Notes under the pieces: generated by a model
What the model was told of the DNA's origin: nothing
What the model saw: the letters and a program-made list of their open reading frames with translations, nothing else
Database searches by the model: none
Shown here: one piece after another, positions 12,528 through 26,720 of the stretch
Layout: every line of letters begins with the position of its first letter
Position numbering within the stretch: position 1 is the first letter of the stretch
Source of the DNA: Callorhinchus milii
Taxonomy: Eukaryota
Length of the DNA: 64,000 bases
Assembly (NCBI RefSeq): GCF_018977255.1
Contig: NW_024704742.1
Coordinates: 89,158,001-89,222,000, forward strand
Reading direction: 5' to 3'
Made by a program: the position numbers and the translations under genes

Positions 12528-13095
12528 CTCCGGCCTGCTTCACATCACTTGCCTCGCCCGCCCCCACCATTGGTGGGCGGGCCTTCAGCCATTCTACCCC
12601 CACCCTCTGGAATGCCATCCCACAGTCCCTGCGCCTTGCCCCCTCCCTTGCCTCCTTCAAGACCCATCTCAAGACCCTCCGTGCCTTCGATCACCCTCCT
12701 TCCCCATTTGGCTCTGGAACTCCATCCCCCAGTGCCTTCGCCGCCTCTTCCCTTTCCTCCTTCAAGGCCGGTCTCAAGACCTTTCTCTTTGACCGTGCCT
12801 TCAGCTCCCCTCTCGACTCTCTACCCCCTCCTCGCTCCCTTCCTTCCCTCCCCTCACCCTAACCATTTCCCCCCTGCTCGGGTCCTGACCCATCTGTACA
12901 GCGCCTTGGGACGTCCTCCCGACGTGAAAGGCGCTCAATAAATGGAATCTTGTTGTTGTTGTTGTTGTTGCCCTCGACCGTCCCTGATTCAACCCCCCAG
13001 CTCAGGTCCGAAACACAGATTGTTCAGCACCTTGGGACATCCCCCCCAACATGAAAGGCACTATACAAATGTCATTTTTTTGTTCTTGTTGTTGT
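12528..13095 (+). mobile_element. L2 3' fragment with a second L2 (about 12711-12970) nested in the same orientation
   Basis: RAFSHSTPTLWNAIP motif. The ctctggaa(t/c) segment occurs twice, and there are two (ttg)n termini (12970 and about 13095). Confidence 0.8.
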
Positions 13096-14911
13096 CACGT
13101 CAACAACACATTTTCACTGTGAAGAGTGGTGACCAAATGCAAGGATTATTATTATGATTATCTTATTACAGCTTAAATTACTCTGTAGAGGTCATTTCTA
13201 TATGGTTTTCAGTGATTGGCCAGCCAGACCAATAGGAATGGATTGCATATGAAAGGATGTTACTTTTCGTAGTAGGTTTGAGCTTCCTAAACAGCTACTT
13301 TTGCAGGTTATTATATAATATAATTTATATAATACAACTACGAGCTCCAGTCCTGACATGAGTCCTTAAACCCACAACTTTTGACCAAGTTTCATGAGTG
13401 CCACCAATTAAGCCGCAGTCGGCTATTATTTTCTCATATAAAAGAAAACTGAATCAGCAAATTGAAAGACCAGAGGGGTCAGTACAGACTTGATTGGTAG
13501 AAATAGGATTCTTTGAAGCTTTGTTCCAAACAAGGCATGAACAAGACTAGTTTGGTTTATTTACGGTACTGAAATGCCGAATGTATTGTCAAATGATAAA
13601 TGCTGAGGTCTGATGAATTGAATGGGGTTAGCCTTCAAAAGGCTGATTGTCTTCCCCATGATTGAATAGCTCTTTGAGGTTCAAAGACGTTCGAAATTGT
13701 ATGATTTGTGAAGATTCATAGAACAAGTGGAGAATTACAGGTGGAAAAAACTTACTGGAAAATGTTCACCATTTTGGTAGGTCATTTGGCAGAGGTCTGA
13801 GAGACAGAGAGAGATGAGACAGAGAGAGAAGTTCTAAGGAGAACTTTTGTAACCACATTTTGACAACTGGTGATTTTTAGATTTAGGTTTCTGTTTTAAT
13901 TTTTTTTAACACAATGCTTTATATTCTGTTCCCTGTATATATCTTATTCTTGGGAATCTTTAACTAAATGCTTATAAATGGTGAGATTTGCTGGTATTAA
14001 TTGGCCTGCTCTACACAAAATTGAGAGATGAAATCTCTCGACCATCGTGGCCATGTTGATTGGACCTATGAGAAATCAGCGCACTTCACGTGGGCTCGAG
14101 AGGAGCGATCCTGGAAGCAATTGAAATTGATTGGCAATGTGAAGCAACCAGGTCTCAAAGTGATATTTGGTAAAGCTGAAGCCAGACAAATATAATAAAA
14201 TCGTGAGAGGAAGCTTCAGGCAAATAGTCTCCATTCACAGCCAGATTGACAAAGATATTAAATAGATGAACTATATTTTCCCTCAGCAAAGACTTACTTT
14301 GACTGATATACCCAACATAAAGTTAAGATCTCTTGTGTTTGTTTTGGACGTTCACAAGCATGCATTATACAGTTAAAATATATTCACCATTTAGAATCGT
14401 ATATTTGACTTTGTTTTTCTTAGGATTACTTCACCTCCAAAAAGCAGTCATTCCACTATAAAGTGCTTGAGACATCCTCCCAATGTGAAAGGTGCCATAC
14501 CAAATGCAAGGATTATTCTTATAATAATCAGCATCTGAAACAAAATGACAAATTACAGTGTGACCGCCACTGTTGTTATCACTGGATGTATTTTATCATT
14601 CGGAATATATTTCAGGAATGTTTAATGGAATAAAATTATACAGTATATTATTGTAAAGAGGTCTATTCTCTAATTGCAACAGAATCTTCAATCTCTGTTA
14701 TGTTAAGCTCGTTCTCAACATGATCATATTAGAAGCCAGCTTTGAGGAAAAATGTTTTGCTTCTATGGTAACTGATAAATTTGAGAAATGTGCATCATAG
14801 CCTTGCGCAGTGATTGAGTTGCTAATCTGGATGGTAGACTTCCTCAACTATATTTACCTTGGTCTACCATGGTATTCATATTTCATATTTAGCGCTATAT
14901 CAAATGCAAGG

Positions 14912-14945
<34 letters not shown>

Positions 14946-16056
14946 CTACTGCTTTCACCGCAGTGCTTTTAATAAGACAAAATACTGATTGCAGACAAGT
15001 ACAAATTTTTCACTTGGTCTAAATATTAACACACATAAGGCTTCAGATAGTATTTGTTAATAAATACTCAGCTCCAATTCACCTTTTATTCTGTGCTATA
15101 AATTTTAGCTTATCAATTTTGAGTTGAGTTCAGACTGAATTAATCCGAAAATCTGAGTTGAAACCAATTTGGTAGCCCTCGGCAGTTTGGTTGTATTCTG
15201 TTTGGCATGTGTCAGCATGGCTGAGTTGGTAGCTCTCTCACCTCTGAGTAAGAAGGTTGTATGTTCAAGTACAAGATATTCCTTGTATTTGATATAGTTC
15301 CTTACACATCAGGAGGACATCGCAAAGCACTTCTCCAGATATTATTGTAATGACTTGAATTTGAAGGCGAACAAGGCTACAGAGCAATGTCCCACAAACA
15401 AATACAATTCATTTTACAGTATATTTTGTGAAGCCCTTTGAGATGTCTCGACAATGTGATAAGGTACTATACCAAATGCAAGGATTATTGTTATTATCAT
15501 TATTATTATTATTATTAAACAGCCATGGAGTGAAAGACTAATTTCTATCATGGAGATTGTTGTCAGAACATCAATCAAATTTTCAACCAACGTAGATAAC
15601 AGTGAAAGCAATACCATGGCCAATTTTATTGGGGAAGTATTGGCCAGTACACCAGGAGAAACTCACTGCTCTATCCTCTTAATAGGATAAAATATTTGTA
15701 AAGATTACTCACTCTGGATATGGATCAGTTCAAATCACACAGAATCAAACATCTAACTTGTATTGTTTCGGTATAGTATTTCCTCTATTATTTTCCCCAA
15801 AATTATTGCTCAATATGCCGGGAAACCATCGGGAGTATGACAGATGTATCTGTCTAGCCATGGCCTCTTCTCACAATCTCAATTAATATTCTTCTATGAC
15901 CGTCTGATGGCAGGTGTTTTCCTAGCAGGGCAAGGCAACTATTCTAGTTATGCTATCGCCCACACCCCGCCCCAAAATAAATGTCAGCCCCCTCCCCCCA
16001 TTCCCCCCCCAGTAAACGTCAGACCCTCTAATAAATGTCACCCCCCCAAATAAAAA

Positions 16057-16330
16057 GTCCTGTAGCTCAGTGGTTAAATGTGACCATGTCAGAATCAGGT
16101 TAGAGTACTTACCTCGCAAGTGAGAGATCTGGGTTAGATTCCTGACAGGGCGAAACGTAAGGCAAGTTTCCTTAATCCACATGCCTCTGCTCACCCAGCT
16201 ATAAGTAGGAACGCGGTTGTTAGTCGATTGGCAGATCACATTTCCGGGGGTATTAATTCCTTAAAAAAAAATTGGTTACTCTATCCGTGACTGTTTGTGG
16301 GACACTGCTATACGCAATTGGCTGCCGCGT
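16057..16330 (+). mobile_element. tRNA-Ala SINE, long variant, 3' part lost at an L2 insertion
   Basis: Head (with a 26-bp insert), long central segment, body ending gctgccgcgt directly before the L2 (aac)n. Confidence 0.8.
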
Positions 16331-16331
16331 A

Positions 16332-17140
16332 CAACAACAACAACAACAACAAGATTCCATTTATAAAGCGCCTTTCACGTCAGGAGGACGTCCCAAGGCG
16401 CTGCACGGTTGGGTCATGACCCGAGCAGGGGGGAAATGGTCAGGGTGAGGGGAGGGAAGGGAGGGAGCGAGGAGGGGGGAAATGGTCAGGGTGAGGGAAG
16501 GGAGGGAGCAAGGAGGGGGAAATGGTCAGGGTGAGGGGAGGGAAGGGAGGGAGCGAGAAGGGGGAAGAGAGTCGAGAGGGGAGCTGAAGGCACGGTCAAA
16601 GAGAAAGGTTTTGAGACCGGCCTTGAAGGAGGAAAGGGAGGAGGCGGCGAAGGCACTGGGGGATGGAGTTCCAGAGCCTCGGGGCTGAGAGGCTGAAGGC
16701 CCGACCACCGATGGTAGGGCGGTTGGGGCGGGGGACGTGGAGCAGACCAGAGCCAGAGGAACGGAGGGTACGGGCAGGTAGGTAGGGGGATAGTAGGTTG
16801 GAGAGGTAGGAGGGAGCAAGGCCGTGAATGGCCTTGTAGGTGAGGATGAGGATCTTGAAATCAATCCTCTGGGGGATGGGAGCCAGTGGAGGCGAGCGAG
16901 GGTGGGAGTGATGTGGTCCTGGTGCGGGACAGTACACGAGCTGCAGAGTTCTGAATGACCTGCAGCTTGTGGAGGGAGGTGCCGGGAAGGCCGGCGAGGA
17001 GAGAGTTCCCATAGTCCAGCCTTGAGGTGACAAAGGCGTGGACCAGGGTTTCAGCAGCGTGAGGGGTGAGGTAGTGCCGTAGTCTGGCGATGTTCCGAAG
17101 GTGATGGAAGGCGGTGCCAGTTGTAGTGCGGATGTGAGGG
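16332..17140 (-). mobile_element. L2 LINE 3' portion
   Basis: PIPQRIDFKILILTYKAIHGLAPSYL and [15 protein letters not shown] motifs; (aac)n terminus. Confidence 0.95.
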
Positions 17141-17856
17141 TACAGCCTCTGTGAGGAGAAGTCAGGCTAACAAGTCACTGACCACTCCTGAAATTCAGAG
17201 CATATAATCAAGGTCCGCTGTGGGCTGACCATGGCTCTCGATGGTGAGAATAGGAACACTTAAACAGGGATGTGACACAAAATCTGAGCTTGTGGAGTAA
17301 GCGAGTGGGTTAAAACTGTTGCAAAAAACTGTTAAAAGTTACACAGGGTGTCACCTAGTGAATGGTTTAGAGTGTTGATAAAGGCCAGGAGTTCTGCCAC
17401 CTGTGATTTCAGTGGGTGTAAGTGGGTGTTAATCAAGCAAGTGATGGCTCTGAATTGCGGTTCTCTGGATTTATAGAAATAAAGAGAAGTGCAGGCTGTG
17501 TGAGTAAAAGAGACAATTTGTGTAAATCTGTGTCACCCATGGAGATACCATCCCCAACACCATGAATTGACCCTACACTGATACTCCTAAGTGCCCAAAT
17601 CCCAGGGAAGACCAGTGCTCATGCTGCAAATTGCTGATTTGTCTGATGTCACTATTCCCAGCACTGCAATTTTGCAGTGATACAGACACGTTGTATTTTA
17701 AATGGACAGGAAGTTAGTGATCAGCATCCGAAAAGGAATGCCAGTTTAAGATTTTGGGTACAGCCCTTCAATCAGCCCGGTGACAATAAAGGGTCATCAC
17801 AGAAGCATCCACTTCTCCTTCATAGATTGATTGAATCTGTACATTTCCAGCATTTT

Positions 17857-18131
17857 AATAATAATAATAATTCTTGCATCGTCTCAAAGCGCTTCACAGA
17901 ATATGCTGTAATGTGAATTGACCATATATTTGTGGGCGAAATACGGCAGCCAATTGCGCACAGCAATGTCCCACAAACAGTCGTGGATTAAAAATGACCA
18001 ATTTATTATTGTTTTGTTTTGGAGGGATTATTATTAGGCGTGTGGAGAAAGGAAACTTGCCCAAGGTTTCATCCTCCCTGGAATTGAACCCAGGTGTCTC
18101 GCTTGCAAGCAAGTGCTCTAACCACTGAGCT
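17857..18131 (-). mobile_element. tRNA-Ala SINE, short variant with a deletion in the tail
   Basis: Reverse complement of the 4413 family. Confidence 0.88.
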
Positions 18132-20704
18132 ATTATTAATAATAATATTATTATTATTCATCTGTGAATAGAGCTATAACATCTGGCAGCACAACTGCGA
18201 AAAGGTTAACTTGCCCTCTCAAGCAATGTTGCAGACCAAGTAAAGACAAAGTTGAAAAGCTAGGACAAATAGCATGAGCTTTTTATAATGTTCCTAAATT
18301 GCTTTGAATGTATTAGAAACCAGTGAGACAACTAAATGTTGATCTTGCGTTCAGTTGGATTATTTTGTTAGTTTTACAAAATGCACCAATGCATGGACAG
18401 GCAGATAGGGGCAGCAGAAAGCAGAAAGAACATCAGCAAAGAAAGGTAATGTACGGAGTCACTTTTCCATCGTTATTTACATGAATTGATAAACAAACAA
18501 AAAAATTGCATGTATTTATTTATTTGTTTATTTCAAGGCTGCTTGCGGTATTCCGAACCTAATCTATAATGTTGTGGATTGACAGCACATTGATTGTGGC
18601 ATTTTGATTGAACACGGTTTGTAACCAATGGCATCTGTCATCCTAAGCATTGTTTTGTAGCCACTTCATCACTCGCCATGATCTCAGCAACTCAGTTTTA
18701 TCTTATCAAAAAACTGGCAGCATTGAACGGCGCTGTGCATTTCTGAATTCTAATTGTAGTGGTGGCAGCCACAAATTTGTCACTTAATGTTCAAGTCGCA
18801 TCTTTTCTTAATATTTCACCGTTGAAGACCTGGAATATTTATTGGCACGCACTCGTCTGAGAGAGAAAGCAAATGTTTTCTGAAAGGTTTCTGCAGGATA
18901 TTCCTGCTTTACAAGAGCAATCTGGTTTTCTCACCTGGATCATACTTGCAAAATTCATTCAGGACACTGACCTCTGGAATCATTAAAATATGAAGTGGAT
19001 TGCTTAAGAAATTGATTGCAGAGAGTGTTCTTATATGAATATGATTGGGGACATAGTGTGTGAAGGCGCAGACGCCAATTGTGGAGTCGAGGGGTTGATG
19101 GATGTGCAGTAGATGCGACCCAGTTTAGCGAAGGTGGTGGGTAGTGGCGTGGGATGTGAGCATAGATCCAAAGGGCACAGAAAGAGTCCACACATCCCAT
19201 CAGGTCTATTGCTGCTGCTAGCACTTCCACTTGAGCTAATTGACTAATACCAATTCGCTAAAGAGTCTACATTTCCATATTACACGGGTGCTTTGTTATA
19301 ACTAGGCCACTAGTTCTATCCTCACATCAAATGTCACTGTTAAGTGCTCTGAGACACTGCACTGCTATATAAGTGCAAGTTGTTGTTGTCATTATGGATT
19401 TGGGTGTAAAGTGATATGCAGAGGGACAATCAGAACTATTACAAATCACTTATTGTAGATACTCACTGGTATTCTCCAAAGGTGCATTTGTAATTACTCT
19501 ATCTTACTTTAGCTTAATTTTGTTGAGCATAGATCTTTAATATGGCCTTTTGTGTTCCCAGCAGAGCAGAATTGGATCACTGGTTAACTGCTCTCTTTGT
19601 GATAGTGTTCTTTCTGCCAGTATCATTTTATCAGGTACTTGTGATATTGAATGGGGGAAAGAGATTATAAATGATTTACTGTAACAATGCTACTACTAAT
19701 AAAAATTCTGCTAATAATAATATTCCTTGCATTTGAAACAGCTGCCTTCATGTTGAGAGGACATCTCGAAAGTGTAAAGTGTAGTGATTATATTTTGTGG
19801 GCAAATACAACATCCAATTAGCGCATATCAGTGTTCCACAAACAACCCAAGAAGTAAATTGCCAATTTTATCTGGTGGATTGTTGGCGAGGCACCGGGAG
19901 AAACTGCCTTTTCCAATAATGCCATGGGAACTTTAAACATCCCCCTGAACAGGAAGATGTGAAGAAGCAAACATAACAAACGCCAAGAACTTATTAAATT
20001 GCTGTCCTTTTGGATCCATTTAGCAGCACAAGAACCACAATAACTTGCATTCAGATAGCGCTCTTGGTGTTGCATCTCAGACAATGTAGGGTTGCTCTTT
20101 TAGAATGATGTTATTCTAAGGGCATCTGCGATCCAAGCATGACATTCCCAGATACTGTTCTGCAGGTCCTGCAATCCTCATGTTAGTTACTCCTGTTCTG
20201 CCTGCTTCAGTACAGACCCTGACTTCAAACTGCAGCTTCGATAAAACGACTAGCCTCCAACGTTCGGGGAAAAAAAAATCAATGGCCAAAAAGTTATTTG
20301 GCATAATATTATTTTATAATGACCATTCGAAAATGTAAACCTAAGATACTTAATCAATGCCCTTCTCGCATCGGTATTGATTTTATTCAAATTGTTTTGT
20401 AGTCAATAACATTTGAAATCATCAATAATTTAAAAGGTTGGTTCGCTTTTGGCAAGTGAAATAAGATGCACTATGACAAGCATAAGCAAGTCCACGTCAG
20501 TGAGTTCCAGTAAATCTGCTCATCTCAATCACACTCAAAGCTTTCTTCTTAAATTTAGATTGAAACCTTTTACTTTCTTTACAGCTCCCATAGTGCATAT
20601 TGGAACTTGGGGTGGAAACAAACTTAAATCCCAAATTTCCAGTAGGTCGAAGTACTAGTTCTGAAGATTGGCATCTAAGCCAGTTGACAATGATAATATA
20701 TATT

Positions 20705-21075
20705 AATCCTTGCATTTGATACAGTGCCTTATCACATCTTCAAGATGTCTCAAATTGCTTTGTAGAATTTACAGTTGTGGGCTAAACACGGTAGCCAGTT
20801 GAGCACAGCAATGTCCCACAGACATTTTATTTTGGGGAATTTGTTTGCCGGGATACATGGGAGAAATTCCCTTCTCTTTTCAAATAATGCCATGGGATCT
20901 TTAGTATCTACCTGAACAGGCAGATGGGACCTCAGTTTAATATCTCATCCGAAGCACGGTACCTCCAACAATGTAACACCCTCCCAGTACTACACTGTAC
21001 TGGTGGAGTGTCATCTTAGACCATGTGATTCCAAGTCCCAATGTGGGGCTTGAACTCACAACCTTCTGACTCAAT
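20705..21075 (-). mobile_element. Deu-domain SINE
   Basis: Reverse-complemented Deu core (gccatgggatcttt...tttaatatctcatccgaa) and head (caaccttctgactca). Confidence 0.8.
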
Positions 21076-21094
21076 AGGGTTAAGATTTTCACAA

Positions 21095-21441
21095 AATTAC
21101 AAGAATAGTTCGGATGAAGAAGGCACTTTGGCCCATCTGATCTTATGCTTCCAGAATCCCCCCTGGACCATACGCCCATCACAGCATTCAAACTGTTTTA
21201 AATGAGTCCAATCCCTTAGCCTCAACAACTCTTCCTGGCAACCTGCTCCCTCTGAGTAAAGTAAAGAAAACCTTCATGAAAATCTGTCTTGAAATTGCTC
21301 TTTGCAACTTTAAACGTGTGTCCTCTTGTTCTACTGTTTTGGTTTGTTTTAAAGTATTGATCTGGGTTTAATTTTTCAATCCCATTTAAAATGTTGTACA
21401 CCCCTATGAGGTCCTCTCTGAGATGTTTTCTCTCAAGGCTG
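21095..21441 (-). mobile_element. CR1-clade LINE 3' fragment abutting an L2 tail
   Basis: Translation LFSLERKHLREDLIGVYNILNG...RTRGHTFK...FTQR, typical of the CR1 ORF2 C-terminus. Confidence 0.9.
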
Positions 21442-22072
21442 AACAACAACACCAACAAAATTATATTTATAGAGCGCCTTTCACGTTGGGAGGACGTCCC
21501 AAAGCGCTGAACAGTCAGTTGTCGGGGCCCGAGCATGGGGAAGGGGTGGTGTAGGGGTGAGGGATGGCAGAGAGGTGGGAGGGTGACCAAAGGCATGATC
21601 GAAGAGAAGGGGCTTGAGAACAGCCTTGAAGGAGGCATGGGAGGAAGTGAGGCGAAGGGATTGTGGGATGGAGTTCCAGAGTTTTGGGGCAAATAGGCTG
21701 AAAGCCCAGCCACCAATGGTAGGGCGAGTTAGGCGGAAGACATGGAGCAGGCTGGAGCCTGATGAACGGAGGGACCGGTAGGTTGGTAGGGAGTCAGCAG
21801 GTCAGAGAGGTAGGAGGGAACAAGGTCATGGATGGCCTTAAAGGTGAGGACGAGGATCTTGAACTTGATCCTCTGAGGGATGGGGAGCCAGTGGAGTCCT
21901 GCCTGGCCATGGTGGGCCAGAAGGGGAGGAGATCAAAGGACTCCAGGGCAGCGGAGAAGGATTGCGGGGAGATCTTCTTTGACGGGCAGTAGAAGATGGT
22001 GGTAGGTTTGGAGGCAGTGGGGAGAGGGATATGTAGAATGGTGAGGGAGATGAAATGGTGGTCAGAGATGGC
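21442..22072 (-). mobile_element. L2 LINE 3' end joined to an endonuclease-region piece (internal deletion)
   Basis: L2 tail and 3' ORF2 to about 21900; 21905-22072 reads ISDHHFISL on the minus strand, like the endonuclease region at about 54610. Confidence 0.8.
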
Positions 22073-23877
22073 CTAGCTTGTCAAATTGTTGTTCATAGCT
22101 CATTCCTTTAACACTCTGGATTCAAGCAAGGATGCTTGATAGTACAGCTCATTGATGTTCCAACACATTTTGCTGTAGAGTGGCAAGTCCATCATTTTAC
22201 TGTGAAAAACCAAGCAGAGGTGAGTCCTACTCAAGTGGAAAGAGGGAGTTAAACTATATTGATTTTTAAGCAATAGTAGCAATTGGCTTCAAAGTAGTAT
22301 TGACATACATGTGGAATTTGACTATTTGCCTGTTAGAAAAGCATTTTCTTTTAGCACATCAAAACTTCTCAAAATACTTCACAAGCACCAGTCTATGATT
22401 AGGAAAGAAATAAGTAAAACTGGGGAAGAAAAATAAGTATTTGATGTGAAATGCAACTACAATAGCATTTCTCATAAATCTATCAAGTGTTGCAACACAT
22501 GGGTAACTCACCTCATAGTAAATAGATACTTTCTGGATGACTGTTTATATTTGGCTTTGTAAAGCAAGAATTTTATTTTAAATATGTAAAGGAGTTAACA
22601 TATTTGAATAAGCCGATTCTGCAAAATAAACAGCTGCTCTTCAGATGAATTCGATCTCATTAATGCTGAAACAATTAACACATAGAAATATGTATAAATT
22701 AGATAATAATAATCCTTGCATTTGATATAGCGCTTTTCACATCTTCTCCACGTCTCGAAGCGCTTCACAGAATAGACTGTAAAGTGAATTGACTGTATAT
22801 TGTGCGTCTTTATAACAATAGTAATCCTTACATTTGGTATAGCACCTTTCAGTGGGGAAGATGATTCAAAGTTCTTCATGGGATTTAATGTGAAGCAGAG
22901 TATTTTGTAGGTGAAGACAACAATCAATTTACCAACAGCAATGTTCCACAAACAATCATGAAGTGAATGGCTGATTTTATTTTGGGGGATTTGTTGGCCA
23001 GGACACCTGGAGAAACTCCCTTGTCTTTTCAAATAGTGCCATGGGATTTTTTCTTTAATGTTCACGTGAATATAAATATCTTTATAGGAATCGAGAGTTT
23101 ATTTAAAGCAGTTATTCTACTGATGCTGCACTGGCATTTACATATAGAATGCCTGATGGGTAATTGGTGATTTACTGAAGTGATCCACAGTAGCATCAGA
23201 TACTTAACCTATGAGCGTAAGGGACATTTGAGTTATGTGGCCCCCAGTCTGTCTGCTGTGTTAAATAACCACAGAGTCCTGATATTTATATCGCACATCG
23301 CTGCAATTTTTTTTATCAGACACCAAATGAAGGTATTGCTATATTTTGGCATAATTAGAGTACTGGTAGAAGAACTGAGTGTTGTGTTAATAGGGGCTAT
23401 TTGTCAGCTGAAAGGATCATTTATCGTGCTGGATGTCAGGCCTCAGTTCATCCTTGGTATTCATACAAACTCAGATCAGGAGTTGGCAGCCTGCAGAGAG
23501 AAGCAACAATATGAGAGACAGACAGAAAGAGAGATTGGTAACATCAAGACAGGCTGGGAGGAAAAACAGTGCGACACAATGGTACTGCTCAACAACAGCA
23601 AGTATCATCAGGAACAGGCCAGAAGAGAGAAAGAGAGAGAGAATGAGAGCCAAAAAGAGAGAGAAAAAGCAATGTATGATTGAGAGGAAGGATAAATGAC
23701 GGTAAATAATAATAGGCATTTGATATAATGCCTTATCACATCGTCGAAACGCCTCAAATCGTTTCACAGGATTGTTTGTAAAATGACGTGACTGCACGGC
23801 ATTTAAAACGAAAATGTCAATGTAAAATGTAATGACTGTTTACAGTATAAATGCCCTGTTAATTCCTAATATAAAAT

Positions 23878-24270
23878 CTCTCGCTTCTGAGTCAGAAGGT
23901 TGTGGGTTCAAGCCCCATAGTCTTGGCTAACATTCTGTTCAGCCTAGACAATATGAGTTTAAGCAATGTTGGGGAGGTGCTGCATTGTTAAAGTTGCCAA
24001 CATTTGGATGTGACATCAAACCAAGCTACTCTGCTGTTCAGGTGGACATTAAAAATCCCATGGCACTATTCAAACGAGAAGGGAGTTTCTCCCGATGTCC
24101 TAGCCAATAATCCCCCAAAGAAAATTGGTCATTCACTCCATGCTGTATCTTGCTGTGTTCAAATCTCCTACAAAATATACAAAATATACAGTTATAGTAT
24201 ATCCCATTAAGCACTTTGAGTTGCCTCGATGACGTGATAAGACGCAATATCAAATAAAAGGATTATTATT
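23878..24270 (+). mobile_element. Deu-domain SINE
   Basis: tctcgcttctgagtcagaaggttgtgggttcaagcccc head, Deu core and tail. Confidence 0.8.
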
Positions 24271-26640
24271 ATAATTATATTTTCTTTAAAGTAATACAAT
24301 AAGTTTGGAATTGACAACTGAGCTAACACAAGCAAGAACCTTCAAAGGTGGAATTTCTCCCAAACCATACTGTTGCCATTCTCAGTATGATGATAAGAAG
24401 AACCTTAATATAACTTCCCTTTGGTATTTGGGAATTAAAATATTGCATGTGAAAATCAGAAGTCACTGCACTGATTGCAAAATCCATTCTTGGCGTTCAT
24501 TGTGAATTTCATATCCCACACCTTCTGACTCCTCTCAGACTCTTGGAGCTCTTGGGAATGATCTCCATTCAGTATTTTGCAAGCTTTCTGTCTGGGACAC
24601 TGCACAGTCCTCCATCTTCCAAACTCTCAGCTGTCTCTGTGAGCAAGGAAAAGAGAGAGAATCAAAGTACACTAGTGAGCCACAGAGCAAGTGTCGGAAG
24701 CCACAGTGTACAGTTCTACATGTTTGTACAAGGGGAAACAGGAAAGCTTAGCCTCAAAAAAGAGACTGAAATAGACCAGGGAAAGGATGACTGTATAGAG
24801 ATTAAAAATGGTCATTAAAAAAGGAGACTGGATTAAAATGTAACAACTCTAATTAAATATTTTCGTTACAATGGCATATCACAGGGAGCTGGGTGCTTTA
24901 ATATTTTTAATTTAGTAATTTGTGTCACCTACTGTTTCCCATATAAATAACAGCTGTTATTTGATTCTGGTGTTCCTCCCACACTCTTAACATTGGGTAA
25001 ATGTGAATTCATTGTCAATCCATTGCCAATGATGCATATGGAGAGCAGGAAATGTGTTTATATAGCCAACACAGTACAGAATTTGCTCTTATTTTAAAAG
25101 AGATAAAGAAGTCAGAGAAATCTCAAATAAGTGTCTGCATAATCTATGGCATGCTCCATGCAATTTGAATATGAAATATGATTACATAGATTATTTTATG
25201 TTGATTTACATTCATCCTCTGCTGTACTATGCTTGCTCACATAACAGTCTAACAAAGAGATGTTTTGCAACCCCTGGAGGGCAGTAGTTATTAAATGGTG
25301 CAAATTTCATTAACAGTTTTGCTGAGACTCATCCTGTCAGTTTTAATATACTCTCCATAAATGGAATGCATCCTGAGAAAACTTAAAAGCCCGAGCCATA
25401 ATTCTGTCTTTACTAGAAATAAAAGCTCAATAAATCTTGCTGACTGAATCACTATACTAACACTGTGTTATGTGTCATTTCAAGAGCATGTTAATATTAA
25501 GAAAAATACAATGATGCATTAACTGATGAATCACCAAATATATATAAACACGCTGCATTTTGCTGGAAAATGTCCTACAAACAAAGCGACAACATCCATT
25601 ATTTTTTTAAAAATTCTGTTTGATTTCTAATTCCGGTTGCAGCCTCGCATGTCTTACCGTTGATTAGAGCTGACCATCTAATAGCAGAAATGTCAATACT
25701 CTTTTTTTCATAATGATCTGCTTGTCAATTGCACATCAATTTCACCAATTCAAAATCAACTGGAGACAATTGTCTCTGGAGAGGAGATTTAGCTGATGTC
25801 TTGCCAACAATATATATTATATATATTATGTATATTATATATAATATAATCAGGGTATGCAATTATGAAATTTGAAACAAAAGTAGATTTACTTCATTTT
25901 GAAAATATTTCAAATTGCGTTTAAAATGAAAAAATATACTGTGGTATTAAGGTACAGTTATTTTCATGGAAAAACCTACATGTTCACACTGTGGATCCTT
26001 ACTCATCCTTAACATTAACAAAAATACAATACATTAAACTGGTGAATCATCCACAATGTTTTTTCTGGAAAGTGTCTTCCAAAAAAAAAATTATGACTTC
26101 TCGTTATTATTTTGAAAAATGATTCCTGATACTGCTTTTTATGGCGAACTTGAAAATGCCCATTTTCTTCTGAATTTAATAATAAATATGAGAGATCCCT
26201 GAAGATTTAGTCAAGCATTTAAACAAGAAGATGTGCATGTCTACATTTGGATTTCATTATGCCCCAAGAAGAGAAAGGGCCTTACTTAACATTCAAAAGG
26301 AATGTTGCTGAGGTTCAGAGTGCATCCCTTCACTGTCATTTCATCAAAATTCCCTTGAATTTACCAGTTAGTTCTTGCATTCTAATTTTATAACCTTGAC
26401 TCCCAAGGTACTCCATATATTTAATGAAATCCACTAATAAATCTTAAAGTCTTCCAGAGTAAGCACTCCTGTTGCAGACTCAGCTATCTCAGCTGGCTAC
26501 ACGAAACACCAAATAAGATTTGTGTTTTGATGGAGAAAGCATTTACTATATCGGAAAGCATATTACAAGAGAGCACCTTTCAGTATAATATACAATAAAA
26601 ATGAGAAATATGACTAATCTGCTCCTGTATTGAGGAGATT

Positions 26641-26720
26641 GTAAAATAAGTTTGGCACATGGAGATGTAACATAAGGTATGTAAAATGAGCTAGACACAT
26701 GGAGATGTAACAAAAGGTAC
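26641..26720. repeat. Tandem duplication, 2 x 40 bp
   Basis: gtaaaataagtttggcacatggagatgtaacataaggtat versus gtaaaatgagctagacacatggagatgtaacaaaaggtac (34/40 identical). Confidence 0.9.

Noticed and set aside
13023..13041. REST/RE1-like ttcagcacc sites (also about 9004 and 40644)
   Set aside because: The right half-site is poor or mis-spaced, and the 13023 site is part of an L2 tail.
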